A stretch of 64,000 nt of DNA. Source: Armatimonadota bacterium. GTDB taxonomy: Bacteria; Armatimonadota; SYMT01. The stretch is from positions 96,001-160,000 of the forward strand of contig JAWLHY010000017.1 in NCBI GenBank assembly GCA_041690135.1, given 5' to 3'. The notes beneath the pieces were generated by a model. That model saw only the letters and a program-made list of their open reading frames with translations, made no database searches and was not told the origin of the DNA. The position numbers and the translations under genes were made by a program. Numbering within the stretch: position 1 is the first letter of the stretch; each line of letters opens with the position of its first letter. Below, one piece after another: positions 41,737 to 50,248 of the stretch.

Positions 41737-43116
41737 TTAGAACACCGGTATGGGACGACCGGAATTCTGAATAGGCATCGGGCGGCCCTCGCGGCTCTGG
41801 ATCATGCCTTCGGGATCGATGCCCACGGCGTGGTAGACGGTCGCGGCGGCATCCGCGGGTGAGAAGGTGGGGGTAGTGCACTCGCCGCCGATGGCGTCGG
41901 TTTCGCCCAGGACCTGGCCGCCCCGTACGCCGCCGCCCGCGTAGAAGATGGAGCCGGCTTTGCCCCAGTGGTCGCGACCGCCGTTCTTGTTGATCTTGGG
42001 GGTGCGTCCGAACTCGGTGAGGTACACGACGAGGGTGCGCTTCAGCAGACCCCGCTGGTCCATGTCGTCGAGGAGCGCGGAAAAAGACTGGTCCACCGCG
42101 GGCAGGTGGTACGGCTCCTTGACCATTTTGGAGATGTGCGGCTGGTTCTGCACCGGAGCGCAGTGGTTGTCCCACAGGTTGTTGTAATCGCCCCAGTCGT
42201 AGCCGTAATCGACCATCACGAACCGCGCCCCCGCCTCGATCAGGCGGCGGGCCAGCAGCACCCGCTGGCCGAGCTTGCTCATCCCGTAACGCTCGCGGAT
42301 GCGGGTGGGCTCCCGGTGCAGGTCGAAGGCGCTTCGGACCTGGGGGGAGATCAGCAAGTCGACGGCGCGCCCGTAGAGTGCCTGGAGATCTTCGAACCCG
42401 GCGACTTCCGCGGCGCGCAGCCGGTCTTCCACGCTCTCCCGCAGGGCGCGGCGGCGGGCGAACCGTTCCGGAGTAACCCCCTCCGGAAGAGCGATATCTT
42501 GAACCGTGAAGTCTTGTTTGCGGGGCTCGCCCCCGGTGCCGAAGGGGGCATACTTTTGCCCCAGCCAGGCCGGGACGAACATGTTGGTATTGGGCGGGCC
42601 CGGCTGGGTGGTTCCGGGGACGGCGATGTAGCCCGGCAGTCCGCCCGTGGCGCCCAACTGCTGGTGGACGATGCAGCCGAAGTTCGGCTCACTGAGGATG
42701 CCGCCCGGCACGGCGTTGCGACCCGAAAGCGCATACGCCTGCCCGAGGAAGTGGTCGTCGGTTCCGGCGGCGAAGCTGCGGATCAGGGCGATCCGGTGCA
42801 TCTGCTTCGCCATCAGCGGCATGACTTCTGCGAACCGAACGCCGGAGACATTGGTCTCGATGGCGCCGATCTCCCCACGGACTTCGCGCGGCGCGTCTGG
42901 CTTGGGATCGAACGACTCGTGGTGCGTCACCCCGCCCGGCAGCCAGAGGAACAGGACCGAATCCGCGGTGGCCGTACGCCCAGGTGCGGCCGCTTCCAAC
43001 GAGCGGCGCCCGAACAACTCGCAGGCGGCGCCGGCGAGCGTTACGCCTCCGAAGCGGAGGAAGTTGCGGCGGTCGGGCCGGGGCAGGAAATGGCGTCGGG
43101 GCGGCTGCGGATCCAT
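41737..43116 (-). CDS. DUF1501 domain-containing protein (second subfamily, Tat-like signal)
   Basis: DRRNFL; LWLPGG..H.ESFDPKP, LARRLIEAGARFV, WDNH, TEFGRTPKIN..GGRDHW. Confidence 0.9.
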   Translation of the reverse strand: MDPQPPRRHFLPRPDRRNFLRFGGVTLAGAACELFGRRSLEAAAPGRTATADSVLFLWLPGGVTHHESFDPKPDAPREVRGEIGAIETNVSGVRFAEVMPLMAKQMHRIALIRSFAAGTDDHFLGQAYALSGRNAVPGGILSEPNFGCIVHQQLGATGGLPGYIAVPGTTQPGPPNTNMFVPAWLGQKYAPFGTGGEPRKQDFTVQDIALPEGVTPERFARRRALRESVEDRLRAAEVAGFEDLQALYGRAVDLLISPQVRSAFDLHREPTRIRERYGMSKLGQRVLLARRLIEAGARFVMVDYGYDWGDYNNLWDNHCAPVQNQPHISKMVKEPYHLPAVDQSFSALLDDMDQRGLLKRTLVVYLTEFGRTPKINKNGGRDHWGKAGSIFYAGGGVRGGQVLGETDAIGGECTTPTFSPADAAATVYHAVGIDPEGMIQSREGRPMPIQNSGRPIPVF

Positions 43117-43202
43117 CAAATACCTCAAGCAGCAGAAAGTCTCCGCATGTTAGGAGTGCGCCCGCGGCCCTCGGTTGCAGGCTTGTCACGGAAGGACGGC
43201 GT

Positions 43203-44093
43203 TCAACATGCCGCGGAAGCATACTCGCGCGGGATCTTCACGCCCACCGTTCCGGAACCGAAGTAGCCGATGGAGATCCGCATGACGTGGGTGAGGAGAT
43301 CGTAGGCACGCCAGCGGTTCCAGCCGTATTCCTCCTCCAGCCAGAGGATCAGGTAGGAAGTAGCCTGGGCGATCGCGCGCTCGAGACTCCCCGCGGTAGC
43401 CACCGCGACCAGTTCGTCCGCGGTGACGATCCGCGGGGCCGGCACCGACTTCCCCTTGAGGAGATCCACGGTGATCCGCGTTTCCGCGGCCATTTCCAAC
43501 CCGGTGGCCGAGAGCTCCCCATGGCCCATCGCCGCGTGGGCATCGCCCAGGTAGAGGTAAGCACCCTCGATGAACACCGGCAGCAGGACCTGGCAGCCCG
43601 GCGCTACTTCCACCAGGTCCAGATTGCCGCCGTACGGCCCGGCCGGTCCGGTGGTTGGGACGCCCCAGTGGGGTGTCGTGCCGATACAGCCCAACATGGG
43701 AGCGTAGGGAAGGGTGAGTGTTTCGCTCCAGTGGATCCGGCCATCGCGGATCGGGCAGACGTGCGCACCGTGGGGCACGTCGCCGCCGAGCCATTCCCCC
43801 AGAGCACGGGGTGGGGCAGTGTAGGTCGAGCAGAGGCCCAGGGTGGGGCGGATCTCCTCAATGCGCACGAGGAGCGTATCCCCCGGCTCCGCACCCCGGA
43901 CGGCGATCGGGCCGGCAACCGGGTTGCTGTAGGGCATGGTGGTCTTGTCACGGCGATCGCCGGCCGTGCGGATCTGGCCGGAGAGAGCATCTTCCGACTC
44001 GACCAGGAGGGTTTCGCCCGGGTCCACCGTGGCGCGCAGCGCCAGGTGGCGGCTGAACTCGTAGATCAAGGGGTAAGCGGATACCTTTTGCAT
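43203..44093 (-). CDS. Acetamidase/formamidase family protein
   Basis: NPVAGPIAVRGAEPGDTL, PMLGCIG, GGNLD, LGDAHAAMGHGE, GLE. Confidence 0.9.
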   Translation of the reverse strand: MQKVSAYPLIYEFSRHLALRATVDPGETLLVESEDALSGQIRTAGDRRDKTTMPYSNPVAGPIAVRGAEPGDTLLVRIEEIRPTLGLCSTYTAPPRALGEWLGGDVPHGAHVCPIRDGRIHWSETLTLPYAPMLGCIGTTPHWGVPTTGPAGPYGGNLDLVEVAPGCQVLLPVFIEGAYLYLGDAHAAMGHGELSATGLEMAAETRITVDLLKGKSVPAPRIVTADELVAVATAGSLERAIAQATSYLILWLEEEYGWNRWRAYDLLTHVMRISIGYFGSGTVGVKIPREYASAAC

Positions 44094-44228
44094 CGCGTTG
44101 ATTCAGAAGGTGGCGGCAGTCGATATGGGGAAGGGTGTCTTGCGTCCGATCCGGATCATCTCGGCCGCACTCTCACCTCCCGAAGACTTTCCGCCTGATC
44201 GCCAGGCCCTCCTGCCGCCATCAACCTC

Positions 44229-45641
44229 ATGTCATCGCACTCTTCCGACGCCCACCCTGCCGGCCCCCTGGAATTCGGCGACGAGTTTCCGAAGCGCCCT
44301 ACCACCGTCCGTTACTGGATCCTTTTCGGTCTCGCGTGTGCCGCCACCATCGCTTACCTCTCCCGGGTCTGTCTATCAACCGCTAACACTACCATTCAGC
44401 GGGAGTTCGGCTTCAACGACGTGATGATGGGCCAAATCCTGGCGGCGTTCTCCGTCGGTTACTTCTGGTTTCAGGTCCCCGGCGGCGCGCTGGGGAACCG
44501 GTTCGGATGTCGAAACGTGCTCCCGTTGATCTGCATCTGGTGGTCGCTCTGCGCCGGATGGACCGGTTTGGCCGCCACGGCCGGATCGTTCTGGTGGTCG
44601 CGGATGATCTCCGGTATCGCCCAGGCGGGTCTCGTTCCGGTCTCCGCGAAAGGGGTCCTCGACTGGTTTCCGCAGCGGCAGCGAGGGGTCGCCAGCTCCA
44701 TGATGGCCACGGCCATGTCCGTGGGGGCGGTGATCGCCAGCGGTCTCACGGCGCTGCTGATGCCGGTCCTGGGATGGCGCGGCGTGTTCTGGCTGTACGC
44801 CACCATTGGGGTCATCTGGTCGGTGCTGTTCTATATCGGGTTCCGCAACCGTCCGGAAGATCACCCGCGGGTTAATCCGGGTGAGTTGCGTGATATCCGA
44901 GGCGAGGGTGCCCCGGCCATCGAAAAACCCGTAACGTCCGGTCCAGAGAGGGTAGACCAGGCGGTTGCCTCCACTCCTGCAGAGCCGGCGGAAAAAGTAG
45001 GACGCGGCAGTGTCGCGGTCGCGATGCTAACCAGTTCGAGTATGTGGTTGATCTGCATTCAGGCGTTCTTCCGGGCGTTTGGGGCTGCCTTTTTCATCAC
45101 CTGGTTCCCCGCCTACCTGGAGCAGGCGCGGGGCGTCAACGTAAAGGCGGCCGGATTCCTGGCCATGGCCCCGTTGACGGGCACCGTCCTCGGAAATCTC
45201 GCGGGGGGCGTCATCGTAGACCGTCTGCTCTCGCTGACGGGCAGTAAGCGCGCCAGCCGGAGTGGTACTTCCCTGGTGGCACTCTCCGCCTGCGCCGTCC
45301 TCATCCTGTCGGCGTCCTGGATACCCAACGCGGGAGTCTGCGTCGCCCTCCTCGCGATTGGCTCTTTCTTTGGCGGTGTGGGATCTCCGGCGACCTGGGC
45401 CTGCACGATGGATATCAGCGGCAAGCACACGTCGATCGTCTTTGCCTTGATGAATATGACCGGCAACATCGGCGCGCTGGTCTGTCCACTGGTCGTGGGT
45501 TATCAGATCGATTGGATCAAGCGCACCGGGGGCGACTGGAACACGGTTCTCTACCTGTTCGTGGGTATCTATGTGCTGGGGGCCCTTTGCTGGGCCTTCC
45601 TCGACCCCAACCGGTCCGCCGTCACTCGCTCCGCTTCGTGA
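44229..45641 (+). CDS. MFS transporter (anion:cation symporter / sugar-acid-type)
   Basis: About 12 TM segments; YFWFQVPGG, WFPQRQRG, GWRGVF, TWFPAYL, MNMTGN. Confidence 0.9.
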   Translation: MSSHSSDAHPAGPLEFGDEFPKRPTTVRYWILFGLACAATIAYLSRVCLSTANTTIQREFGFNDVMMGQILAAFSVGYFWFQVPGGALGNRFGCRNVLPLICIWWSLCAGWTGLAATAGSFWWSRMISGIAQAGLVPVSAKGVLDWFPQRQRGVASSMMATAMSVGAVIASGLTALLMPVLGWRGVFWLYATIGVIWSVLFYIGFRNRPEDHPRVNPGELRDIRGEGAPAIEKPVTSGPERVDQAVASTPAEPAEKVGRGSVAVAMLTSSSMWLICIQAFFRAFGAAFFITWFPAYLEQARGVNVKAAGFLAMAPLTGTVLGNLAGGVIVDRLLSLTGSKRASRSGTSLVALSACAVLILSASWIPNAGVCVALLAIGSFFGGVGSPATWACTMDISGKHTSIVFALMNMTGNIGALVCPLVVGYQIDWIKRTGGDWNTVLYLFVGIYVLGALCWAFLDPNRSAVTRSAS

Positions 45642-45744
45642 GGGGTGATCCGCGAATTGGGCGAATGAAGCGAATTGGAAGGCGGGCGGCGGCTCTCGAT
45701 CACGGCGTGATGGGAATAGCAACCAGGCGTCCACCCCCAGTTCA

Positions 45745-45773
45745 ACGGTAGCCCTACGGCACAGGGCTACCGT
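45745..45773. repeat. 11-bp inverted repeat in intergenic region
   Basis: acggtagccct / agggctaccgt, 7-nt loop. Confidence 0.5.
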
Positions 45774-45824
45774 CCTCCACATACCTTCATTGGCCTCTCA
45801 ACGGATAGGAATCCGGCCCAGTTG

Positions 45825-45839
45825 TATCGAATTCCGATA
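45825..45839. promoter_or_regulatory. Candidate PadR operator (TATCG-N5-CGATA)
   Basis: tatcgaattccgata; near-identical copy at 46893-46907 on the opposite strand. Confidence 0.5.
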
Positions 45840-46035
45840 GCGAAGGGCGATAGTATCCGGTGAGAGCAATGTCCGGGCCAATTCAGGGGTGTGCTGGACT
45901 AGGGAGGGCGCGGGCTACCCTGTCCATGGAAGCCTGCGATGCTGCGAACTGCCGGATTGCGTTCGCCCCCAGCGTGGGGGTGTGCGAGGGCAATGTCGCC
46001 ATCCGCCGACTGGCCCCCACGGAATAAGGGGACCC

Positions 46036-46335
46036 ATGATGAACGGCAAGAGCACCTGTGTAGGCCTATCGATGCTCCTGTGCGTGTGTGCCCTGGGACA
46101 GTTCGCGGAAGCGGCGGGGAAGGCTTCCTCCCGTGCGCACGTCTCGAACCTGCGCGCTACGGTTACCCGGACCTATGCGGGGACTGACAGTATCGTGGTG
46201 CAGGATCGCACCGGTTTCGAATTCCTCATCCGACTCAAGGATGTTGAGGTCACCTCCCTAAGCCGCCGGGTGCCTGCCAGGGGTCTGCAGAGCGGCGACG
46301 TGGTGGTGGTTCGCGGAGAGGTCGAACCTTTCTGA
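46036..46335 (+). CDS. Small secreted hypothetical protein (OB-fold/DUF5666-like)
   Basis: RBS aagggg; signal peptide ending AEA; LQSGDVVVVRG C-terminal pattern. Confidence 0.6.
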   Translation: MMNGKSTCVGLSMLLCVCALGQFAEAAGKASSRAHVSNLRATVTRTYAGTDSIVVQDRTGFEFLIRLKDVEVTSLSRRVPARGLQSGDVVVVRGEVEPF

Positions 46336-46391
46336 GAACCTGGGGCTCCCGAGACGTCTAGAGGTGACGGGAAAGGACGTGTGATTCGACG

Positions 46392-46739
46392 CTAGCCCGT
46401 CTCCCCGGCGGGCTGCGGCTGGTGGAGGGGCTCCTCGTTGAAGACCTCTCCCACCAGCGTGCGAATTTGGGGCTGGAGGCGGTCCAACGCCTCGCGACCG
46501 GCGGGAGTGATCCGGTAGTATTTGCGGATCTTGCCGTTCACGCTTTCGCGCTTGCTGGTGAGATAGCCTGCCCGTTCCAATCCGTGAAAGATGGGATAGA
46601 GGGTGCCCGGCCCGATCTCATAGCCGTGGCGTCCCGACTCCTCGATCATTTCCAGCCCATACACGGGCCCTCGCTTCGCGTGGCGGAGAATGTGGACCCG
46701 CATGAAGGCCAGGAATATGTCTCGGGATAGATCCTGCAT
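46392..46739 (-). CDS. PadR family transcriptional regulator
   Basis: HIL, YGLEMIE, GPGTLYPIFHGLE..GYL, RKYYRIT.AG; the longer ORF-track N-terminus is unlikely to be real. Confidence 0.9.
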   Translation of the reverse strand: MQDLSRDIFLAFMRVHILRHAKRGPVYGLEMIEESGRHGYEIGPGTLYPIFHGLERAGYLTSKRESVNGKIRKYYRITPAGREALDRLQPQIRTLVGEVFNEEPLHQPQPAGETG

Positions 46740-46879
46740 AGAGATCGCCTTCTGCAACCTACACCGCGCCACCAGGCTCACCTTCCGGCTCGCCGGTCCC
46801 CCCGCACCAGAACAAGTGCAGTCAGAGTAAAAGAGGCGCGGCTGACTTCCAACCGACTCCAGAATTTCGTTTCGACGTG

Positions 46880-46907
46880 TATCGAACTGTGATATTGGAA
46901 TTCGATA
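46880..46907. promoter_or_regulatory. Tandem candidate PadR operators between padR and the RND operon
   Basis: tatcgaactgtgata (46880-46894) and tattggaattcgata (46893-46907). Confidence 0.55.
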
Positions 46908-47087
46908 CCACCAGCGTCCCACCAACAGTTCGAAAAGGCCTACCCAGCCTTCCCCGCACAGTTTAGCCTCTGGCACGCCGTCGCGTGTGGCTTCCCACCC
47001 CACTCAGCCCGGTCTGAAGGCCGGATTTATGGAGAATTTAAGCCAGGCCGCTCGCTGCCGGCTTTGGTTTGCCCGGACTCGATTCTC

Positions 47088-48890
47088 ATGTACAACAAAG
47101 AACTTCTTCGCAAGGCCATGGGCCGCTACGCGCGGTACGGCTGGCTGGCCGTGGCACCCGGACTGGCCTCCGCCCTTTCCGGGTGTGGCGCCGGACACGC
47201 GAAAGCCAAGACCCCAGCGCCTGCCACCGGACTGGTGACGGTGGGAGTGGTCACCCCGGTACAGGGCGACGTGGCCCAGACGATCACCCAACCCGCGACG
47301 ATCCAGGGCATCGATGAGGCCGTGATCCACGCGAAGACCTCGGGATACCTGAAGGAGATCCGGGTGGACAAGGGGGACCGGGTGAAGGCGGGTCAACTTC
47401 TGGCCTTGATCGACAGTCCGGAGCTAGCCCACCAGACCCAACAGGCGCGGGCGACCTACGAACAGAGCGTGGTGGCGATCCAGGGGGCCGTGGCTACCCG
47501 GGGCCAGGCCGAGGCCGAGGTCCGGGAGGCTGCGACGGTCGTTCAGCGGTATGAGGCGGATGCCCGCCAGGCGGAAGCTGCCGTGGTGCGGGCGCGCGCG
47601 GAAGCGGCCCGCGTCGAGAGCCGGCAGGGCAAGCTGCAGGCGGAGATCGCCGAAGCGGACGCCAACGTGCAGCAGGCGATGGAACAGCAGGCCCAGGCCC
47701 AGGCGGAAGTCGGCCGGGTGCAACAGCAGATCCGCTCCGCGCAGGCCGCGCTCAAGTCCGCGCAGTCGGCCCTGACCAAAGCGGAAGCCGAGGCCCGGCT
47801 CCAGCAGTTGACCTATAACCGACTGAAGGCGATCCAGGACAAGGACGCCGGATTGGTTCCCGCCCAGGACGTGGACGTAGCGAAGGCCCGGATGGAAGCG
47901 TCGCGGAGTGAGGTGGAGGCGCGGATGAACCGGGTGGAGGCTTCTCGCGGCGATCTGGCCGCGGTGGAGCAGCAGTTGGAGGCCGCCCGCCGGCAGGTTA
48001 GCGCCTTGGGACGCAAGGTGGAAGCGGTGCGGAACCGGGCGAAGGCGACGCGGGAAGAAGTGCAGATCCTTCGCAAGGAGATCGAGGCGGCCCGCGCCCA
48101 GGTCGCCGTGGCCGAAGCGCAGCAGGAGTCGGCCCGGAAACAGGTCGCCGTGGCCGAAGCGCAGCGCCAGTCGGTGGCGGAGCAGGTGCCGGTCACCGCG
48201 GCGCAGGTGAATGCCGCCCGGAAGCAGTCCCAGGGCACTCGCAGCGCGCTAGATGCCTCCCGCTCCCTCGCGGACTATATCCGGGTGACGGCGCCGTTTG
48301 ACGGGGTGGTCACGGAACGGATGGCGGACCCCGGCGCCTTCGTCCAGAGCGCGGCATCCAACCAGGCCTCCGCCCGAGGCCTGGTGCGGCTGGTCCGCGA
48401 CCGGACGCTGCGGGTGCTGGTGCCGGTGCCGGAAACGGACAGTCCGCAGGTGCGGCGCGGGCAGCCCGCGACGATCGCCGTGGACGCCTATCCCGGCAAG
48501 GAGTTCCGGGGGACGGTGACCCGCTTCGCCACCGCAGTCGATCCCAGGTCGCGAACGATGACCACGGAGATCGACATCCCCAACCCGGACGGGCGGCTGC
48601 GCCCCGGAATGTACGCGCGGGTGACGCTGACGTTGACGGTCCATCGCGGCGCCCTCTCGATTCCCAGCGAGGCGGTGATGGGGCCCGAGGATAAGCGGTT
48701 CGTCTATACGGTGAAGGACGGGCAGGCCCAACGTACCCTGGTGACGGTGGGGGTGGACAACGGCAAGACGGCCCAGATCACCACCGGCCTGGCCGCGGAC
48801 GATCAGGTGGTGGTGGTGGGCCGCGACACCCTGGTGGATGGGGTGAAGGTCAAGTCCGAGCCGGTGAAGTCGGAGCCCGCAAAACGATGA
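47088..48890 (+). CDS. RND efflux periplasmic adaptor (membrane fusion protein) with very long alpha-helical hairpin
   Basis: Lipobox LSGC; AKTSGYL..I.VDKGDRVKAGQLLALIDSPEL and VTAPFDGVV lipoyl halves about 280 aa apart; LRPGMYARV. Confidence 0.9.
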   Translation: MYNKELLRKAMGRYARYGWLAVAPGLASALSGCGAGHAKAKTPAPATGLVTVGVVTPVQGDVAQTITQPATIQGIDEAVIHAKTSGYLKEIRVDKGDRVKAGQLLALIDSPELAHQTQQARATYEQSVVAIQGAVATRGQAEAEVREAATVVQRYEADARQAEAAVVRARAEAARVESRQGKLQAEIAEADANVQQAMEQQAQAQAEVGRVQQQIRSAQAALKSAQSALTKAEAEARLQQLTYNRLKAIQDKDAGLVPAQDVDVAKARMEASRSEVEARMNRVEASRGDLAAVEQQLEAARRQVSALGRKVEAVRNRAKATREEVQILRKEIEAARAQVAVAEAQQESARKQVAVAEAQRQSVAEQVPVTAAQVNAARKQSQGTRSALDASRSLADYIRVTAPFDGVVTERMADPGAFVQSAASNQASARGLVRLVRDRTLRVLVPVPETDSPQVRRGQPATIAVDAYPGKEFRGTVTRFATAVDPRSRTMTTEIDIPNPDGRLRPGMYARVTLTLTVHRGALSIPSEAVMGPEDKRFVYTVKDGQAQRTLVTVGVDNGKTAQITTGLAADDQVVVVGRDTLVDGVKVKSEPVKSEPAKR

Positions 48891-50248
48891 GGCGCCGCAC
48901 CAACACTCCCTGGATTGCGGGACTGGCTCTCCTCGCGACTGTTACTCTACCCCCGGCACTTGCCGCGCAGGAGGCGCCGGGTGCGGCGAGCCTCGATCTG
49001 TCGTCCGCGGTGGAGACGGCTCTTCGGCGGCGCCCCCTGCTGGAAGCCGACAGCGAGCGGATCGCCGCCGAGCGGGCGCGGGTCACGCAGGCCCAGGCGG
49101 CGCTACGGCCCCGCGTCGACCTGCAGGCAAACGCCAGCGAGGGGTTGCCGGGCGCCCCGCAGATCTTCATCGGCGGCCTCGCGGGCTCCCCGTTCAAACA
49201 GTACGTGGGCGGGAGCGTGACCGTGGTCCAGACCCTGCTGGACTTCGGGCGGACCCGCAGCAACGTCCGCTCCCGCCGGGCCAACGTGCAGGCCAGCGAG
49301 GAAGTACTGCAGGCCGATCGGAACCGGGTGGTCCTGGAGGTCCAGCGGGCCTACCTGCAGGCGCTGCAGGCGCGAAGGCTGGTGGGGGTGAACCGCCAGA
49401 TCCTGGAGCAGCGCCGGCTGGTGGCCCGGCAGACCCGCACGCTCATGGAGAACGGGATGGCTTCCCGGGTCGACGTAGACCTGGTGGAACTGAACGTCTC
49501 GCAGGGCGAGCTGGCGCTGGTGCGGGCCGAGAACGAGCTGGCGGAAGCCTACGCCAGCCTGAGTGCCGCCATGGGCACGCCGGTGGGCTCCGGCACGACC
49601 CTTCAGGAGGTGGTTGTGGAGCGGCCCGCGGCCGGTACCCCGGAGGCGGCACCGAACCCTCCGCTGGATGAGACCCTCGCCGTTGCCCTGCGCAGCCGCC
49701 CGGAGCTCCGCCAGGCGGAAGCGCAGGCCCAGTCCTTCGACCACCAGGCCGAAGCCGCGCGCGCCTCGAAGCGGCCGCTGCTCAACTTCATCGGCAGCGT
49801 CGGCAAGGTGAACCCCGGGCCGCTCATCGAGGATTCCGACAAGCCGTACGCGGTGTCGCTGGTGCTTACGGCGCCGCTGTTTACGGGCGGCCTGATTGAG
49901 GCGCAGGTCGAGGAGGCGCGCCGGAGTGCCGCCGCCCTGCGCAGCGGCCGGAGTGAGCTGGAGAACCAGGTCCGGCAGCAAGTGGTGAGCACCCTGGCGA
50001 ACCTGCGCGCGGCCGAGGAGAGCGTGCGCGTGGCGCAGGCCCAGCAGGCGACCGCGCAGGACGCCCTGTCCCTGGCGACCCAGCGGTACCAGGCCCAGCT
50101 TGGCTCCGTGGTGGAGCTCTCCCAGGCCCAGGTGGCCTACGCCCTCGCGCAGAATGACCTGGTCCGCGCGCAGTACAACCGGGAACTGGCCCGCGCCGCC
50201 CTGGACTTCGCGACCGGCCGTGACTACGGAAAGCCCTCCCAGCCGTGA
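48887..50248 (+). CDS. TolC family outer membrane efflux protein
   Basis: Signal peptide; two OEP repeats ([27 protein letters not shown]); ATGA overlap. Confidence 0.9.
   Translation: MRRRTNTPWIAGLALLATVTLPPALAAQEAPGAASLDLSSAVETALRRRPLLEADSERIAAERARVTQAQAALRPRVDLQANASEGLPGAPQIFIGGLAGSPFKQYVGGSVTVVQTLLDFGRTRSNVRSRRANVQASEEVLQADRNRVVLEVQRAYLQALQARRLVGVNRQILEQRRLVARQTRTLMENGMASRVDVDLVELNVSQGELALVRAENELAEAYASLSAAMGTPVGSGTTLQEVVVERPAAGTPEAAPNPPLDETLAVALRSRPELRQAEAQAQSFDHQAEAARASKRPLLNFIGSVGKVNPGPLIEDSDKPYAVSLVLTAPLFTGGLIEAQVEEARRSAAALRSGRSELENQVRQQVVSTLANLRAAEESVRVAQAQQATAQDALSLATQRYQAQLGSVVELSQAQVAYALAQNDLVRAQYNRELARAALDFATGRDYGKPSQP

Noticed and set aside
41968-44198. Two long + strand ORFs (432 and 404 aa)
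   Set aside because: Shadows of the DUF1501 and acetamidase genes
46740-47003. 88-aa N-terminal extension of PadR
   Set aside because: No domain similarity and it covers the divergent promoter and operator sites
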